A program made the position numbers and the translations under genes. From positions 8,081-72,080 of the forward strand of contig JANYGW010000156.1 in assembly GCA_025359245.1 (NCBI GenBank): a stretch of 64,000 bases of DNA, in the 5' to 3' direction. The number at the start of each line of letters is the position of its first letter. The first letter of the stretch is position 1. Under the pieces are notes generated by a model. It ran no database searches, was not told where the DNA came from, and saw nothing but the letters and a program-made list of their open reading frames with translations. Positions 43,230-53,200 of the stretch are shown here, piece by piece. This DNA is from Massilia sp. (GTDB taxonomy: Bacteria; Pseudomonadota; Gammaproteobacteria; Burkholderiales; Burkholderiaceae_D).

Positions 43230-43400
43230 TTAATTTGCTTGGGTGGTATAACCACAAACGTCCATGCATTGCGAAAGCGTTGACCCAGAGATTTGACCAC
43301 AGCGATACATGCACTGGAGTTGATTGATTGCGAAAGCAGGAGCCGCGGTGGCACTGAGAACAGCAAAAAATGCAAAGGTAAGTGTTAAGCGACGACCCAT
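43230..43400 (-). CDS. Secreted twin-CX3C peptide A (56 aa; absent from the ORF track)
   Basis: Hand translation: MGRRLTLTFAFFAVLSATAAPAFA-INQLQCMYRCGQISGSTLSQCMDVCGYTTQAN*. AAGGAG SD 7 nt before ATG; directly downstream of a consensus promoter. Confidence 0.82.
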   Translation of the reverse strand: MGRRLTLTFAFFAVLSATAAPAFAINQLQCMYRCGQISGSTLSQCMDVCGYTTQAN

Positions 43401-43434
43401 ATTGTGACTCCTTCATTAAGTTGGTGAGCCCCGA

Positions 43435-43463
43435 ACGTTACGGAGCATCTGAAATATTGTCAA
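43435..43463 (-). promoter_or_regulatory. Sigma70 promoter of the peptide-TBDR-glutaredoxin operon
   Basis: TTGACA (43463-43458)-17 bp-TAACGT (43440-43435) on the minus strand. Confidence 0.75.
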
Positions 43464-43967
43464 TAGGAACTTATTGCAATTAAGTAAATAATGGGAGATG
43501 TTGTTTAATATGCACACGCGCGCCCTGGCGCAGCTGTCGCCTGCGCACAAATTAAGGCGGTGCAAGTATTTTCCCGTCGCGCGGCGTCACTTGCGCGCAT
43601 GGTCCGCACGTTTTCATGGCTTGGCATTCCAGTGCCACTTCGAGGCTGAGGCTGGCTGTGCACGCGTCTTCCATGAGGCGACGTAATTCGAGCGTGAATT
43701 GGCTGTCATCGCCGCTGCTTGCTCAGCGCAATAGCAGGAGAGTATTTGGAGACCGAAGAACTAACGCGATTGCAGTTGTCCGGATTGCGCGTGCAAAACG
43801 ATCAGCTTGGCTCCGCAAGCGCCACCCGCTGCACACGGGGCAAACCGATTGATCTGTGGCCGTGCCGTGCACTTGTTATCCTGGGACGCTTGGCCGCCGC
43901 AGATGAGGCAAAATTGGCAATTTGGCACGAAAGTGCATCGTGTTTGCTTGAACAATTGCCACTAAAT

Positions 43968-43998
43968 ATCGCCCTTGCAAGTGTCTTGCAAGGGCGAT
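43968..43998. terminator. Hairpin downstream of hemL
   Basis: Perfect 14-bp inverted repeat ATCGCCCTTGCAAG-TGT-CTTGCAAGGGCGAT; shares ATCGCCCTTGC with repeat family B. Confidence 0.6.
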
Positions 43999-44003
43999 CA
44001 GCC

Positions 44004-45299
44004 TTATTTCATGCTTGCAAATACCCTGCGCGCCGCGGCAATGGTCTCGTCGATGACCGCGTCGTCGTGCTGGGCCGACACGAAGCCCGCTTCGAACGCG
44101 GCCGGCGCGAAATACACGCCTTCATCGAGCATGGCGTGGAAGAAGGTGTTGAAGCGCGTTTTGTCGCCCGCCATCATCTCGGCGTAGGAAGTCGGTACTT
44201 CTGCGCTGAAGTAGATGCCGAACATGCCGCCCACCGAATCGGCGCAGAACGTCACGCCCGCCTCCTTGGCCGCCGCCGTCAGGCCCGCCGCCAGCTTGGC
44301 CGTTTGCGCCGCCAGGCGCGTGTAGAAGCCCGGTTCCTGGATCAGCTTGAGCGTGGTCATGCCGGCCGCCACCGCCACCGGATTGCCCGACAAGGTGCCG
44401 GCCTGGTAGACCGCGCCGACCGGCGCCATGTTCTGCATCAGGTCCGCGCGCCCGCCGAACGCTGCCACCGGCATGCCGCCGCCGATCACCTTGCCCAACG
44501 CGGTCAGGTCCGGCACGATGTCGTACAGTTCCTGGGCGCCGCCCAGGCCGACCCGGAAGCCGCACATGACTTCGTCGAAAATGAGGATCGCGCCGTGCCT
44601 GGTGCACAGCGCCCGCATCGCGCGCAGGAACTCCGGCGTGGCCTTGATCAAGTTCATGTTGCCGGCCACCGGTTCGACGATCACGCAGGCGATGGTGTCG
44701 CCCATCGAGGCGAACGCGTCTTCGAGCTGGGCCACGTTGTTATAGTCGAGCACCAGGGTGTGCTTGATGAAGTCTTCCGGCACGCCGGCCGAGGTCGGGT
44801 TGCCGAAGGTGAGCAGGCCGCTGCCGGCTTTCACCAGCAGCGAATCGGCGTGGCCGTGGTAGCAGCCTTCGAACTTGATGATCTTGTCGCGCCCGGTGGC
44901 GCCGCGCGCTAGGCGCAGCGCGCTCATGGTCGCCTCGGTGCCCGACGAGACCAGGCGCACCTGCTCGATCGACGGCACCAGGCGGCAGATTTCCTCGGCC
45001 ATCAGGATCTCGCCTTCGGTCGGGGCGCCGAACGACAGGCCGCGCTCGCACGCCTCTTGCACCGCCTTGACCACGGCCGGATGGGCGTGGCCGACGATGG
45101 CCGGGCCCCACGAGCCGATGTAGTCGATGTAGCGCTTGCCGTCGGCGTCCCAGAAGTAGGGGCCTTCGGCGCGCGTGATGAAGCGCGGCGTGCCGCCCAC
45201 CGATTTGAAGGCGCGCACGGGCGAATTGACGCCGCCCGGCGTGGTTTTCTGGGCGCGCGCGAACAGGGTGTCGTTGCGCGAGGTGTCGGAAGTAGTCAT
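44004..45299 (-). CDS. hemL: Glutamate-1-semialdehyde 2,1-aminomutase
   Basis: [40 protein letters not shown]. Confidence 0.98.
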   Translation of the reverse strand: MTTSDTSRNDTLFARAQKTTPGGVNSPVRAFKSVGGTPRFITRAEGPYFWDADGKRYIDYIGSWGPAIVGHAHPAVVKAVQEACERGLSFGAPTEGEILMAEEICRLVPSIEQVRLVSSGTEATMSALRLARGATGRDKIIKFEGCYHGHADSLLVKAGSGLLTFGNPTSAGVPEDFIKHTLVLDYNNVAQLEDAFASMGDTIACVIVEPVAGNMNLIKATPEFLRAMRALCTRHGAILIFDEVMCGFRVGLGGAQELYDIVPDLTALGKVIGGGMPVAAFGGRADLMQNMAPVGAVYQAGTLSGNPVAVAAGMTTLKLIQEPGFYTRLAAQTAKLAAGLTAAAKEAGVTFCADSVGGMFGIYFSAEVPTSYAEMMAGDKTRFNTFFHAMLDEGVYFAPAAFEAGFVSAQHDDAVIDETIAAARRVFASMK

Positions 45300-46132
45300 G
45301 TCGGGTTCAATCCGTGAAAAGAGTGAGCGAAAAATTTGTTGGGAACCAGCTTGCCCATGCCGAAGCGCTGGGCGTGGGCCAGCGCGCCGGCGGTAAAGTC
45401 CTGGGCCGCGCGCGCCGCCGCGAGCGGATCGCGCCCGTGCGCCATGTAGGCCGCCAGCGCGGCCGACATGGTGCCGCCGGCGCCGACGAACGGCCCGGCC
45501 AGGTGGCGCCAGTCGAAAGTGGCGAGCACGCCCTCTTCGCCGAACAGCGTATTGGTGCGCAGCGCGGCCGCGCCGCTGCCGGAGGCGCCGGTGCCGGTCA
45601 CCAGCACGTAGGCGCAGCCGGCGCCGGTCAGTTCGGCCACGTCTTCGATCAGCATGTCGCCGCCGCCCTCGCGCCAGGTCTCGGCCATGCGCGCCAGTTC
45701 CACCTGCGACAGCAGCAAAATGGTGGCCTGGGGCGCCAGGATCTGGCGGATTGCGCCCAGCATGTCGTCGTCGGCCAGGCCGGAATCGGGCAGGCTGGAA
45801 AGGAAGGGGTCGAGGATGAAGGGCAGGTCCGGGTAGTCGGATATGATTTCGGCGATCGCCGAAGCCTGCTCGATGCTGGTCAGGGCGCCCACCTTGAAGG
45901 CGGCCACCGGCATGTCTTCGAGGATCAAACGGGCCTGGTCGACCAGCCAGTCGGCGTCGATGTCATAGGTGTCTTCGATGCGCGCGCTGTCGGCCACCAG
46001 CAGGGCCGTGGTGACCGACAGGCCGTGGCAACCGAGCGCCCCGAAGGCGGCTAGGTCGGACTGGATGCCCATGGCGCCGACCGGATCGGAGACGCCGAAC
46101 GTAAGAATAAGGGGAGATGTTTGGTTTTGCAC
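45296..46132 (-). CDS. ThiD-like hydroxymethylpyrimidine kinase family protein (divergent)
   Basis: [24 protein letters not shown]; located between rubredoxin and hemL. Confidence 0.75.
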   Translation of the reverse strand: MQNQTSPLILTFGVSDPVGAMGIQSDLAAFGALGCHGLSVTTALLVADSARIEDTYDIDADWLVDQARLILEDMPVAAFKVGALTSIEQASAIAEIISDYPDLPFILDPFLSSLPDSGLADDDMLGAIRQILAPQATILLLSQVELARMAETWREGGGDMLIEDVAELTGAGCAYVLVTGTGASGSGAAALRTNTLFGEEGVLATFDWRHLAGPFVGAGGTMSAALAAYMAHGRDPLAAARAAQDFTAGALAHAQRFGMGKLVPNKFFAHSFHGLNPT

Positions 46133-46188
46133 GACGGGTGGATTAAGATACCTGATTCGTCATTTTACTAGATAGAAGGATAGTTAAC

Positions 46189-46392
46189 GTGAGTAGTCAA
46201 GAATCAGGCAGTGCATCGTCCGCCCCGTTCCAGACCTGGATGTGCCTCATCTGCGGCTGGGTCTACGAGGAGGAGCTGGGCCTACCGGACGAGGGCATCG
46301 CCCCCGGCACCCGCTGGCCCGACGTGCCGATGAACTGGACCTGTCCCGAGTGCGGCGCCCGGAAAGATGACTTCGAAATGACAGTTATCTAA
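46189..46392 (+). CDS. Rubredoxin
   Basis: WMCLICGWVY...WTCPECGA. Confidence 0.95.
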   Translation: MSSQESGSASSAPFQTWMCLICGWVYEEELGLPDEGIAPGTRWPDVPMNWTCPECGARKDDFEMTVI

Positions 46393-46496
46393 CTGGAACG
46401 CGGCGTTTTTAATACATAAGTTGAACGAATGCAACAGATATCGCACAAGAGCCTTGCCCTATGGTATCGTTCAGCTTCATGCCGAGTAAACTGAAT

Positions 46497-46898
46497 ATGA
46501 CAATGACGACGCAACCGACAGTTTTGAAGATCATGGTCATCGACGACAGCAGTACGATTCGTCGTTCCGCCGAAATTTTTCTTACCCAGGCAGGCTACCA
46601 GGTGGTGCTCGCCGACGATGGCTTCGATGCGCTGGCCAAGATCAACGACCACCATCCTTCGCTGGTGTTTTGCGACATCCTGATGCCGCGCCTCGATGGC
46701 TACCAGACTTGCGCGCTGATCAAGAAGAGCGCCAAGTTCCATGGCACGCCGGTGGTCATGCTGTCGTCCAAGGACGGTCTGTTCGACCGCGCCCGCGGCG
46801 CCATGGTCGGTTCCTCGGCTTACCTTACCAAACCCTTTAGCAAAGACAGCCTGCTTGCCGCTGTGCGCGAGCATACGGCTGGCGCAACGTCCAAATAA
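46497..46898 (+). CDS. pilG: Twitching motility response regulator (start approximate)
   Basis: MVIDDSSTIRR, DILMPRLDGYQTC, SSKDGLFDRARG. Confidence 0.92.
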   Translation: MTMTTQPTVLKIMVIDDSSTIRRSAEIFLTQAGYQVVLADDGFDALAKINDHHPSLVFCDILMPRLDGYQTCALIKKSAKFHGTPVVMLSSKDGLFDRARGAMVGSSAYLTKPFSKDSLLAAVREHTAGATSK

Positions 46899-46912
46899 TC
46901 CAGGAGAGCCAC

Positions 46913-47281
46913 GTGGCCATTACCAAAATTCTGATCGTCGACGACTCCCCCACCGAGCGTTACTACCTGACCGATATCCTGGTCAAGAACGGTTTTACCG
47001 TCACTACCGCCGAAAACGGCGAAGAAGCCTTCCTCAAGATCAAGGCCGACAAGCCGCACCTGATCCTGATGGACGTCGTCATGCCGGGCGCGAACGGCTT
47101 CCAGGTCACGCGCGCCATCTCCAAGGATCCGGAGCTGGCCGACGTGCCGATTATTATCTGCAGCAGCAAGAACCAGGAAACCGACCGCGTCTGGGGCCTG
47201 CGCCAGGGCGCGCGCGAATACCTGGTCAAGCCGGTTGACCCGGAACTGCTGCTGGCGAAAATCGCCGCACTCGGCGCCTGA
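46913..47281 (+). CDS. pilH: Twitching motility response regulator
   Basis: VDDSPTE, MDVVMPG.NGFQ.TR, ETDRVWG.RQGA. Confidence 0.92.
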   Translation: MAITKILIVDDSPTERYYLTDILVKNGFTVTTAENGEEAFLKIKADKPHLILMDVVMPGANGFQVTRAISKDPELADVPIIICSSKNQETDRVWGLRQGAREYLVKPVDPELLLAKIAALGA

Positions 47282-47285
47282 TGCC

Positions 47286-47822
47286 ATGAGCTCCGCCGTC
47301 CACGCCGCACCAGAGACGCGCGTCCAGTCCGATGGGGCCGGGCGCCGTACCCGTTTACGCCAGTACCAGGTGCAGCTGCTCGAACGCATGCAGGCGGCGC
47401 GCAACAATGCCGGCGCGCGCATCAACCAGCTCGGCGTGATGATCGGCTCCGAGCGCTTCCTGCTCGACCTGACCCAGATCGGCGAAATCGTGCCGGCGCC
47501 GGCGGTGACGGTGGTGCCCCTGACCCAGCCCTGGTATCTGGGCCTGGCCAACATCCGGGGTAATTTGATCAGCGTGATCGACCTGGGGCGCTACCAGCTC
47601 CAGGGCGAGACCACAGTCGGCTCGGACAGCCGGGTAGTAACCTTTGCGGGCGGCCTCGGTTTCAACTGCGGGCTGCTCGTTTCGCGTGTGTACGGCCTGC
47701 GTCACGCAGCCGACATGGAAGTGACTGGCGACCGGCTGCGCGATGCCGAGGCAGTCGAATGGACGCCGCTGGACCTGGCGGCATTGGTGCGCGATACCCG
47801 TTTTTTACACGTCGGATTTTAA
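47286..47822 (+). CDS. pilI: CheW-like protein PilI
   Basis: VPLTQPWYLGLANIRGNL..VIDL; position in the pil-chp cluster. Confidence 0.85.
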   Translation: MSSAVHAAPETRVQSDGAGRRTRLRQYQVQLLERMQAARNNAGARINQLGVMIGSERFLLDLTQIGEIVPAPAVTVVPLTQPWYLGLANIRGNLISVIDLGRYQLQGETTVGSDSRVVTFAGGLGFNCGLLVSRVYGLRHAADMEVTGDRLRDAEAVEWTPLDLAALVRDTRFLHVGF

Positions 47823-47867
47823 GCCACGCCACAAGTGGCATATATACCTTTGGGATTGGGAGCTGTA

Positions 47868-50180
47868 ATGGGATTTGCTTGGAAAAGTGCGATGGGGTTT
47901 TCCCCCAAGGGTGGTGATGACAATGTGGGCGTGCTGGCTGCCCCCGACACCGAATTCGGTCCGGCCAGCGAGATGCCGGAGGACATAGTCGACGACCATA
48001 CGGACGGCTTTGCGGCCGTGCCGGATGCGCCGGCCGACAGCGGCTCCGACTTGCTGGGCATGGGCGACGCGCCCGCGCTGCGCAAGCAGGACGAGATCCT
48101 GAGCGAACCGGAAACCCAGATGGTGCTGCCGTTCATCGGCCACCTGTCCCTTGGGCGCCAGCAGCGTATCCTGATGGGCGTGTTCGCCGGCGGCATCGTG
48201 GTGATCGTCGCGGCGCTGGCCATGAACACGGCCAATAGCGTCAAGTCATCCAACCAGACCCAGATCGCATCGGATGCGCTGATGCACTCGCAGCGTATCG
48301 GTAAAGCGGCGCCCAACGCCATCCAGGGTAACGAAGAGGCGTTCGCGCAGCTCGAAGAGAGCCGGGTCCTGCTGAACAAGGACTTGGTGCTGATGACCGC
48401 CGCCGCTCCCGCCAGCATGACCAAGAAGCTCAACACGGCCAAGACCAAATGGATTTCGACCGACAATTCGGCCGGCACCATCTTGAAGATGAAGCCCGAG
48501 CTGACCGGTTTTTCGAAGATCCTCAAGCAGCTCGACGCGCTGTCGCCGGAACTGCTGTCGATGACCGAAGAGCTGCTGAGCCAGAAGGTCCAGAAGGGCG
48601 CGTCCCCGAAAGAACTCGCCGCCATCGGCCGCCTGACCATGCTGACCCAGCGCATGTCGCGCAGCGCCAGCGAATTCCTGACCTCGGGCGGTATCCGTCC
48701 GGAGACCGCGTTCCAGCTGGGTAAGGACGCCACCACCTTCCGCGTCACCATCGAGGGCTTCCTGAACGGGAACGAGACGATGCAATTGAACGCGGTGCGT
48801 GACGTGGAGCTGCGCGCCCTGCTGGGCGAGATCAAGAATAAATTCGACACCTACCACGCCTTGGTCTCCACGGTGCTGGTCAACCTGCCAAAATTCACGG
48901 CCGCCAAGGGCGCCGAACTGTCGATTTTCTACGAGAACGAAGAAATCAAGCAGCTGCTGACGATCGTCCAGGGCGACTTCCGTAGCCAGCAGGATAGCGC
49001 CGGCATCTGGCTGTGGCTGACCGGTATTGCCACGCTGTTTACCGCCGCAGTCGCTGCGGCCATCGGTAAGGTCATGCTGCAGGATTCCCGTACCCGTGCC
49101 CGCGCTGCGGAAGGCCGGCGCCAGGAAGCGGACGCCATGCGTCAGCTGGCGCAGACCAAGGAAGAGGAAGCGAAAGCGACCAACGACCAGAACCAGGCCG
49201 CTATTTTGCGCCTGATGAACGAGCTGCAGGAAGTGGCGGACGGTGATTTGACGGTGCACGCAACGGTGTCCGAAGACATCACCGGCGCGATCGCCGACTC
49301 GGTCAACTACACGGTCGAGGAATTGCGCGGCCTGGTGGAACGGGTAACGACGACGGCCGAATCGGTGACCTCGGCCTCGACCAACGCACAGAATATTTCG
49401 ACCGACCTGCTGGCGGCAACCGAGCAGCAGTCGCGCGAGATCCAGGACGCGTCCGAGACGGTGCTGAAGATGGCGAGCGAAATTACCGACGTGTCGAAAT
49501 CGGCGAATGAGTCGGCCGAGGTGGCGCGCCAGTCGGTGGCTGCGGCGCACCAGGGTTCGACCGCGGTGGAAAACGCGATCAAGGGCATGCACGAGATCCG
49601 CGAGCAGATCCAGGAAACGTCGAAGCGCATCAAGCGGCTGGGCGAATCGTCGCAGGAGATTGGCGAGATCACCGAGCTGATTTCCGACATTACCGAACAG
49701 ACCAACGTGCTGGCGCTGAACGCGGCAATTCAGGCCGCATCGGCCGGTGAAGCCGGTCGCGGCTTCTCGGTGGTTGCGGAAGAGGTGCAGCGGCTGGCAG
49801 AACGTTCAGCCGGCGCGGCAAAACAGATCGGCGCGCTGGTGCGTACCATTCAGACCGATACCCACGATGCGGTGGCCGCTATGGAAAAATCGACGCAGGG
49901 TGTGGTCGAGGGTGCCAAGCTGTCCGATGCCGCGGGCGCCGCACTGTCGGACATCTCGCGCGTGTCGAACCGCCTGGCCGAACTGATTCAGGGCATTTCG
50001 TTCGCTACCGAGCTGCAGGCAACGTCGGCCAACGGCGTGGCGCACAACATTCAGCACATCCTGTCGGTGACCGAGAGCACCCAGGACGGCACGCAACAAA
50101 CCGCCAACTCGATTCGCCAGCTGACATTGCTGGCGCAGGAACTGAAAAACTCGGTGTCGCGATTCCGCGTTACTGCCTGA
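47868..50180 (+). CDS. pilJ: Methyl-accepting chemotaxis protein PilJ
   Basis: Two TM helices; NQAAILRLMNEL..VADGDL; QTNVLALNAAIQAASAGEAGRGF. Confidence 0.9.
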   Translation: MGFAWKSAMGFSPKGGDDNVGVLAAPDTEFGPASEMPEDIVDDHTDGFAAVPDAPADSGSDLLGMGDAPALRKQDEILSEPETQMVLPFIGHLSLGRQQRILMGVFAGGIVVIVAALAMNTANSVKSSNQTQIASDALMHSQRIGKAAPNAIQGNEEAFAQLEESRVLLNKDLVLMTAAAPASMTKKLNTAKTKWISTDNSAGTILKMKPELTGFSKILKQLDALSPELLSMTEELLSQKVQKGASPKELAAIGRLTMLTQRMSRSASEFLTSGGIRPETAFQLGKDATTFRVTIEGFLNGNETMQLNAVRDVELRALLGEIKNKFDTYHALVSTVLVNLPKFTAAKGAELSIFYENEEIKQLLTIVQGDFRSQQDSAGIWLWLTGIATLFTAAVAAAIGKVMLQDSRTRARAAEGRRQEADAMRQLAQTKEEEAKATNDQNQAAILRLMNELQEVADGDLTVHATVSEDITGAIADSVNYTVEELRGLVERVTTTAESVTSASTNAQNISTDLLAATEQQSREIQDASETVLKMASEITDVSKSANESAEVARQSVAAAHQGSTAVENAIKGMHEIREQIQETSKRIKRLGESSQEIGEITELISDITEQTNVLALNAAIQAASAGEAGRGFSVVAEEVQRLAERSAGAAKQIGALVRTIQTDTHDAVAAMEKSTQGVVEGAKLSDAAGAALSDISRVSNRLAELIQGISFATELQATSANGVAHNIQHILSVTESTQDGTQQTANSIRQLTLLAQELKNSVSRFRVTA

Positions 50181-50217
50181 GCCAGGGCCAGCCGATAGAT
50201 ACAAGGTAAGCAAAACG

Positions 50218-53200
50218 ATGACTGATTTTTCGCACGCGCCCCAATTCGACACTGGGCCGCTCGGCTGGGTGATGGGCGAAATTCGCGAGGCGCTGGGCAA
50301 GTCCGGCGCCGCGTTGAATGATGCTTCGGCCCTGGCGGGTGATGCCCAGGCAGACTCACTCAAGCATGCGAAAGCGTACTTGCACCAGGCCCACGGGGCC
50401 TTGCAGATGGTCGACGTCGACGGTGTCGGCGCCATGACCCAGGCGGCCGAGCACGCGCTCGACCGCTTCCGCGACGGCCTGCTCGAATGCAGCGTGGAGA
50501 ACGCGAAAGCGGTCAACGCGGTGTACCAGGCGGTCATCGAATACCTCGAGGAGCTGCTTTCCGGCGCGCCCCAGCAGCCGGCGCGCCTGTTCCCGTATTA
50601 CCGCGATCTGCAGGAAAAACTGGGCGCGGCGCGGATCCATCCGGCCGACCTGTTCTTCCCCGACCTGTCGCTGGCCGCCGTGCTGCCGGCGCATGCGGTG
50701 GCGGCCACCAACCCCGATTACGCGGCCTGCCGCGGGCGCTTCGAGAAGGCGCTGCTGCCGTTTCTGAAGAGCCCCGATGCGGCCTCCCAGCAGGCCACCG
50801 CGCAGGTCATGCAGGACGCGATCGCGCTGATCGCCGCCGGCCAGAAGGAAGCGCACGCGCGCACTTTCTGGGTCGCCATGCAATGCTTCGCCGAACTGGT
50901 CGCCAAGGGCCAGCTGGCCAGCGACCTGTATGTCAAGCAGCTATTCGGCCTGATCAACCTGCAGATCCGCCGACTGACGCAGGGCGAGGGCAGCTTGCCC
51001 GAGCCGATGATGCGCGACGCCCTGTTTTTCATCGCCGCCGCCCAGCATCCGTCGCCGACCGCGAAAGCACTGCGCCGCGCCTATCGCGTCGATAACGTGG
51101 TGCCATCGAACTACGACAAAAAACGCTACGGCCGCATCGATGCGGCAGCCCTGAAGACGGCCAAGGAAGCGCTCGCGCGCGCCAAAGTCAGCTGGGACAA
51201 GCTGGCCTCGGAAATCGACGCCGGCCAGGAAGCCGAATTCGAAGACCTGCTGGCTACCATCGCGGCCGCCAGCGAAAAGCTGGGCGCCCCGGCGCTGGCC
51301 AGGCTGCAGATCGATATCGTGCGCGCCACCAAGGAATCGATCGCCTCGGGCCGCAATGAACTGTTCAGCCTCGACATGGCAACCGCCATGCTGTTCGTCG
51401 AACAGGGCCTGGACCAGATCCGCCAGCTGCCCGACGACTTCGATGCGAACGCCGCCCTGGTCGGACAGCGCCTGCTGGCGCTCGCCGCCGGCCGGACCCC
51501 GCCGGACGCGCCGCAATGGCAGGGCGACCTGTCGCGCCAGATCCAGCAGGACCACACCGTCGCGGTGCTCGCCGCCGAAATGAAGAACGGCCTGCGCCAG
51601 GTCGAGAAGGTGCTCGACGATTATTACGCGGACGGCTCCAAGCGTCCGACCCTGAGCCAGATCGATCCGGTCCTGCACCAGCTGCAGGGCGCGGTCGCGA
51701 TCCTCGACCAGGAAGACGCCATGCGCGCCGCGCTGCACGTCAAGGAAGCGGTGCGCGCGCTCGCCGCCGCCGAAGGCAATCCGGAACTGGAAGCGGCCTC
51801 GCTGCAGAACATCGCCCAGAACATCGGCGCGCTGGGCTTCTTCGTCGACATGCTGGCCAAGAATTTTGACGCCGCCAAGGACCGTTTTGCGTTCGATCGT
51901 ACCGAGGGCATGCTGCGCGAAGTGCCGTTCGAAAAGCCGTCGGGCGAGACCCAGTTCGAGCCGGAACCGATCGTCATCGAGGCCGCCCCAGTGGCGCCGG
52001 TGGCCCAGGTGACCGAGGCGGCCGCGCCGCCGCACAGCGCAGCGCCAGTCGTGGCCGCGCCGGTCATGACGGCGCCGCCGATGCCGGTCGAAGGCGAAGT
52101 CGAAGCCGAGCTGCTCGAAATTTTCATTATGGAAGCGCAGGAAGTGCTGGAGCTGGTCACCGCCACGCTGCCCAAGCTGCAGCGCGAGCCGTCCAACCAG
52201 GAAACCATCACCGTGGTGCGGCGTGCCTTCCACACGCTCAAGGGCAGCGGCCGCATGGTCGGCCTGAACAATTTCGGCGAGGGCGCCGCCCTGGTCGAAA
52301 AAGTCATGAACCTGTGGTTGTCCGAAGGCCGCGCCGCAACGCCGGACCTGCTGGCGCTGCTGGGCTGGGCCAGTACCGACATGACCGCCTGGGTCGACGA
52401 ACTGGCCGCAAGCGGCCATTCGCCGCGCACCAGCGATGCGCTGGTCGCCAGTGCGTCGCGCATGCTCGAAGGCGCCGCCTTCAGCATGGAAGCGGCTGCG
52501 CCGGTTGTTGTCGCCGAAACGCTGATACAGGTTGAAACCAAAGTGCGCGAGCCGGTGGTCGAGGCGCCGCCCGTGGTCGAACCGGTGCCGGAGCAGGACA
52601 TCGTGGCCGAAGCGCCGCCCGAAGAAGAGGAAATCGTCGCCCTGCTGCCGTTCGAGGACGACGCAGAGACCGGCGCCGACGTGCCGGTCGAATTGCTGGC
52701 CGAGGACTTCCCGGAAGAGCCGGCGATGCCGGACGTGCCGGTGGTATCGGACTCGGTCGAACTGGACGCGATTGGCGCCGACACGCCCGCCGACGCGCCG
52801 GTCGAAGAGCACGTCGACGAGCACGTCGACGAGGTCATCGAGGCGGTCGAGGCGGCCGAGCCGGAACTGGCCGAGCTGGCTGCGCCGGGCAATGTCATCG
52901 ATTTCCCCGGCAACGCGCGCGGTGCGACGCCTGCCGACGACAACACCAAGCGCATCGGCGATCTGGAAATCCCGCTGCCGCTGTATAACATCTACCTGGC
53001 CGAAACGGACGAAATCCTCCGCCTGCTCACGCGCGACTTCAGCGAATGGCGCCATGAGCCGCATCGCCTGGTGACCCCGGAAGCGTTGAAGGCGGCCCAC
53101 ACCCTGGGCGGCACCTCGGCCACGGTGGGCTTTAGCGCGCTCACTGAAATTGCGCACGCGCTTGAAATGGCGCTCGACACGCCGGCGCCGGTGCTGGAAG

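Noticed and set aside
43192-43416. 74-aa Cys-rich ORF in the ORF track (MKESQYG...)
   Set aside because: It is an alternative frame over peptide A, with no SD and no signal peptide. The 43230-43400 frame has the SD, the signal peptide and the motif shared with peptide B.
43923-43937. Possible sigma54 promoter TGGCACGAAAGTGCA
   Set aside because: GG-to-GC spacing is 9 nt rather than the required 10.
43761-43955. 64-aa Cys-rich ORF as a possible third peptide
   Set aside because: TTG start, no SD, no signal peptide and irregular Cys spacing.
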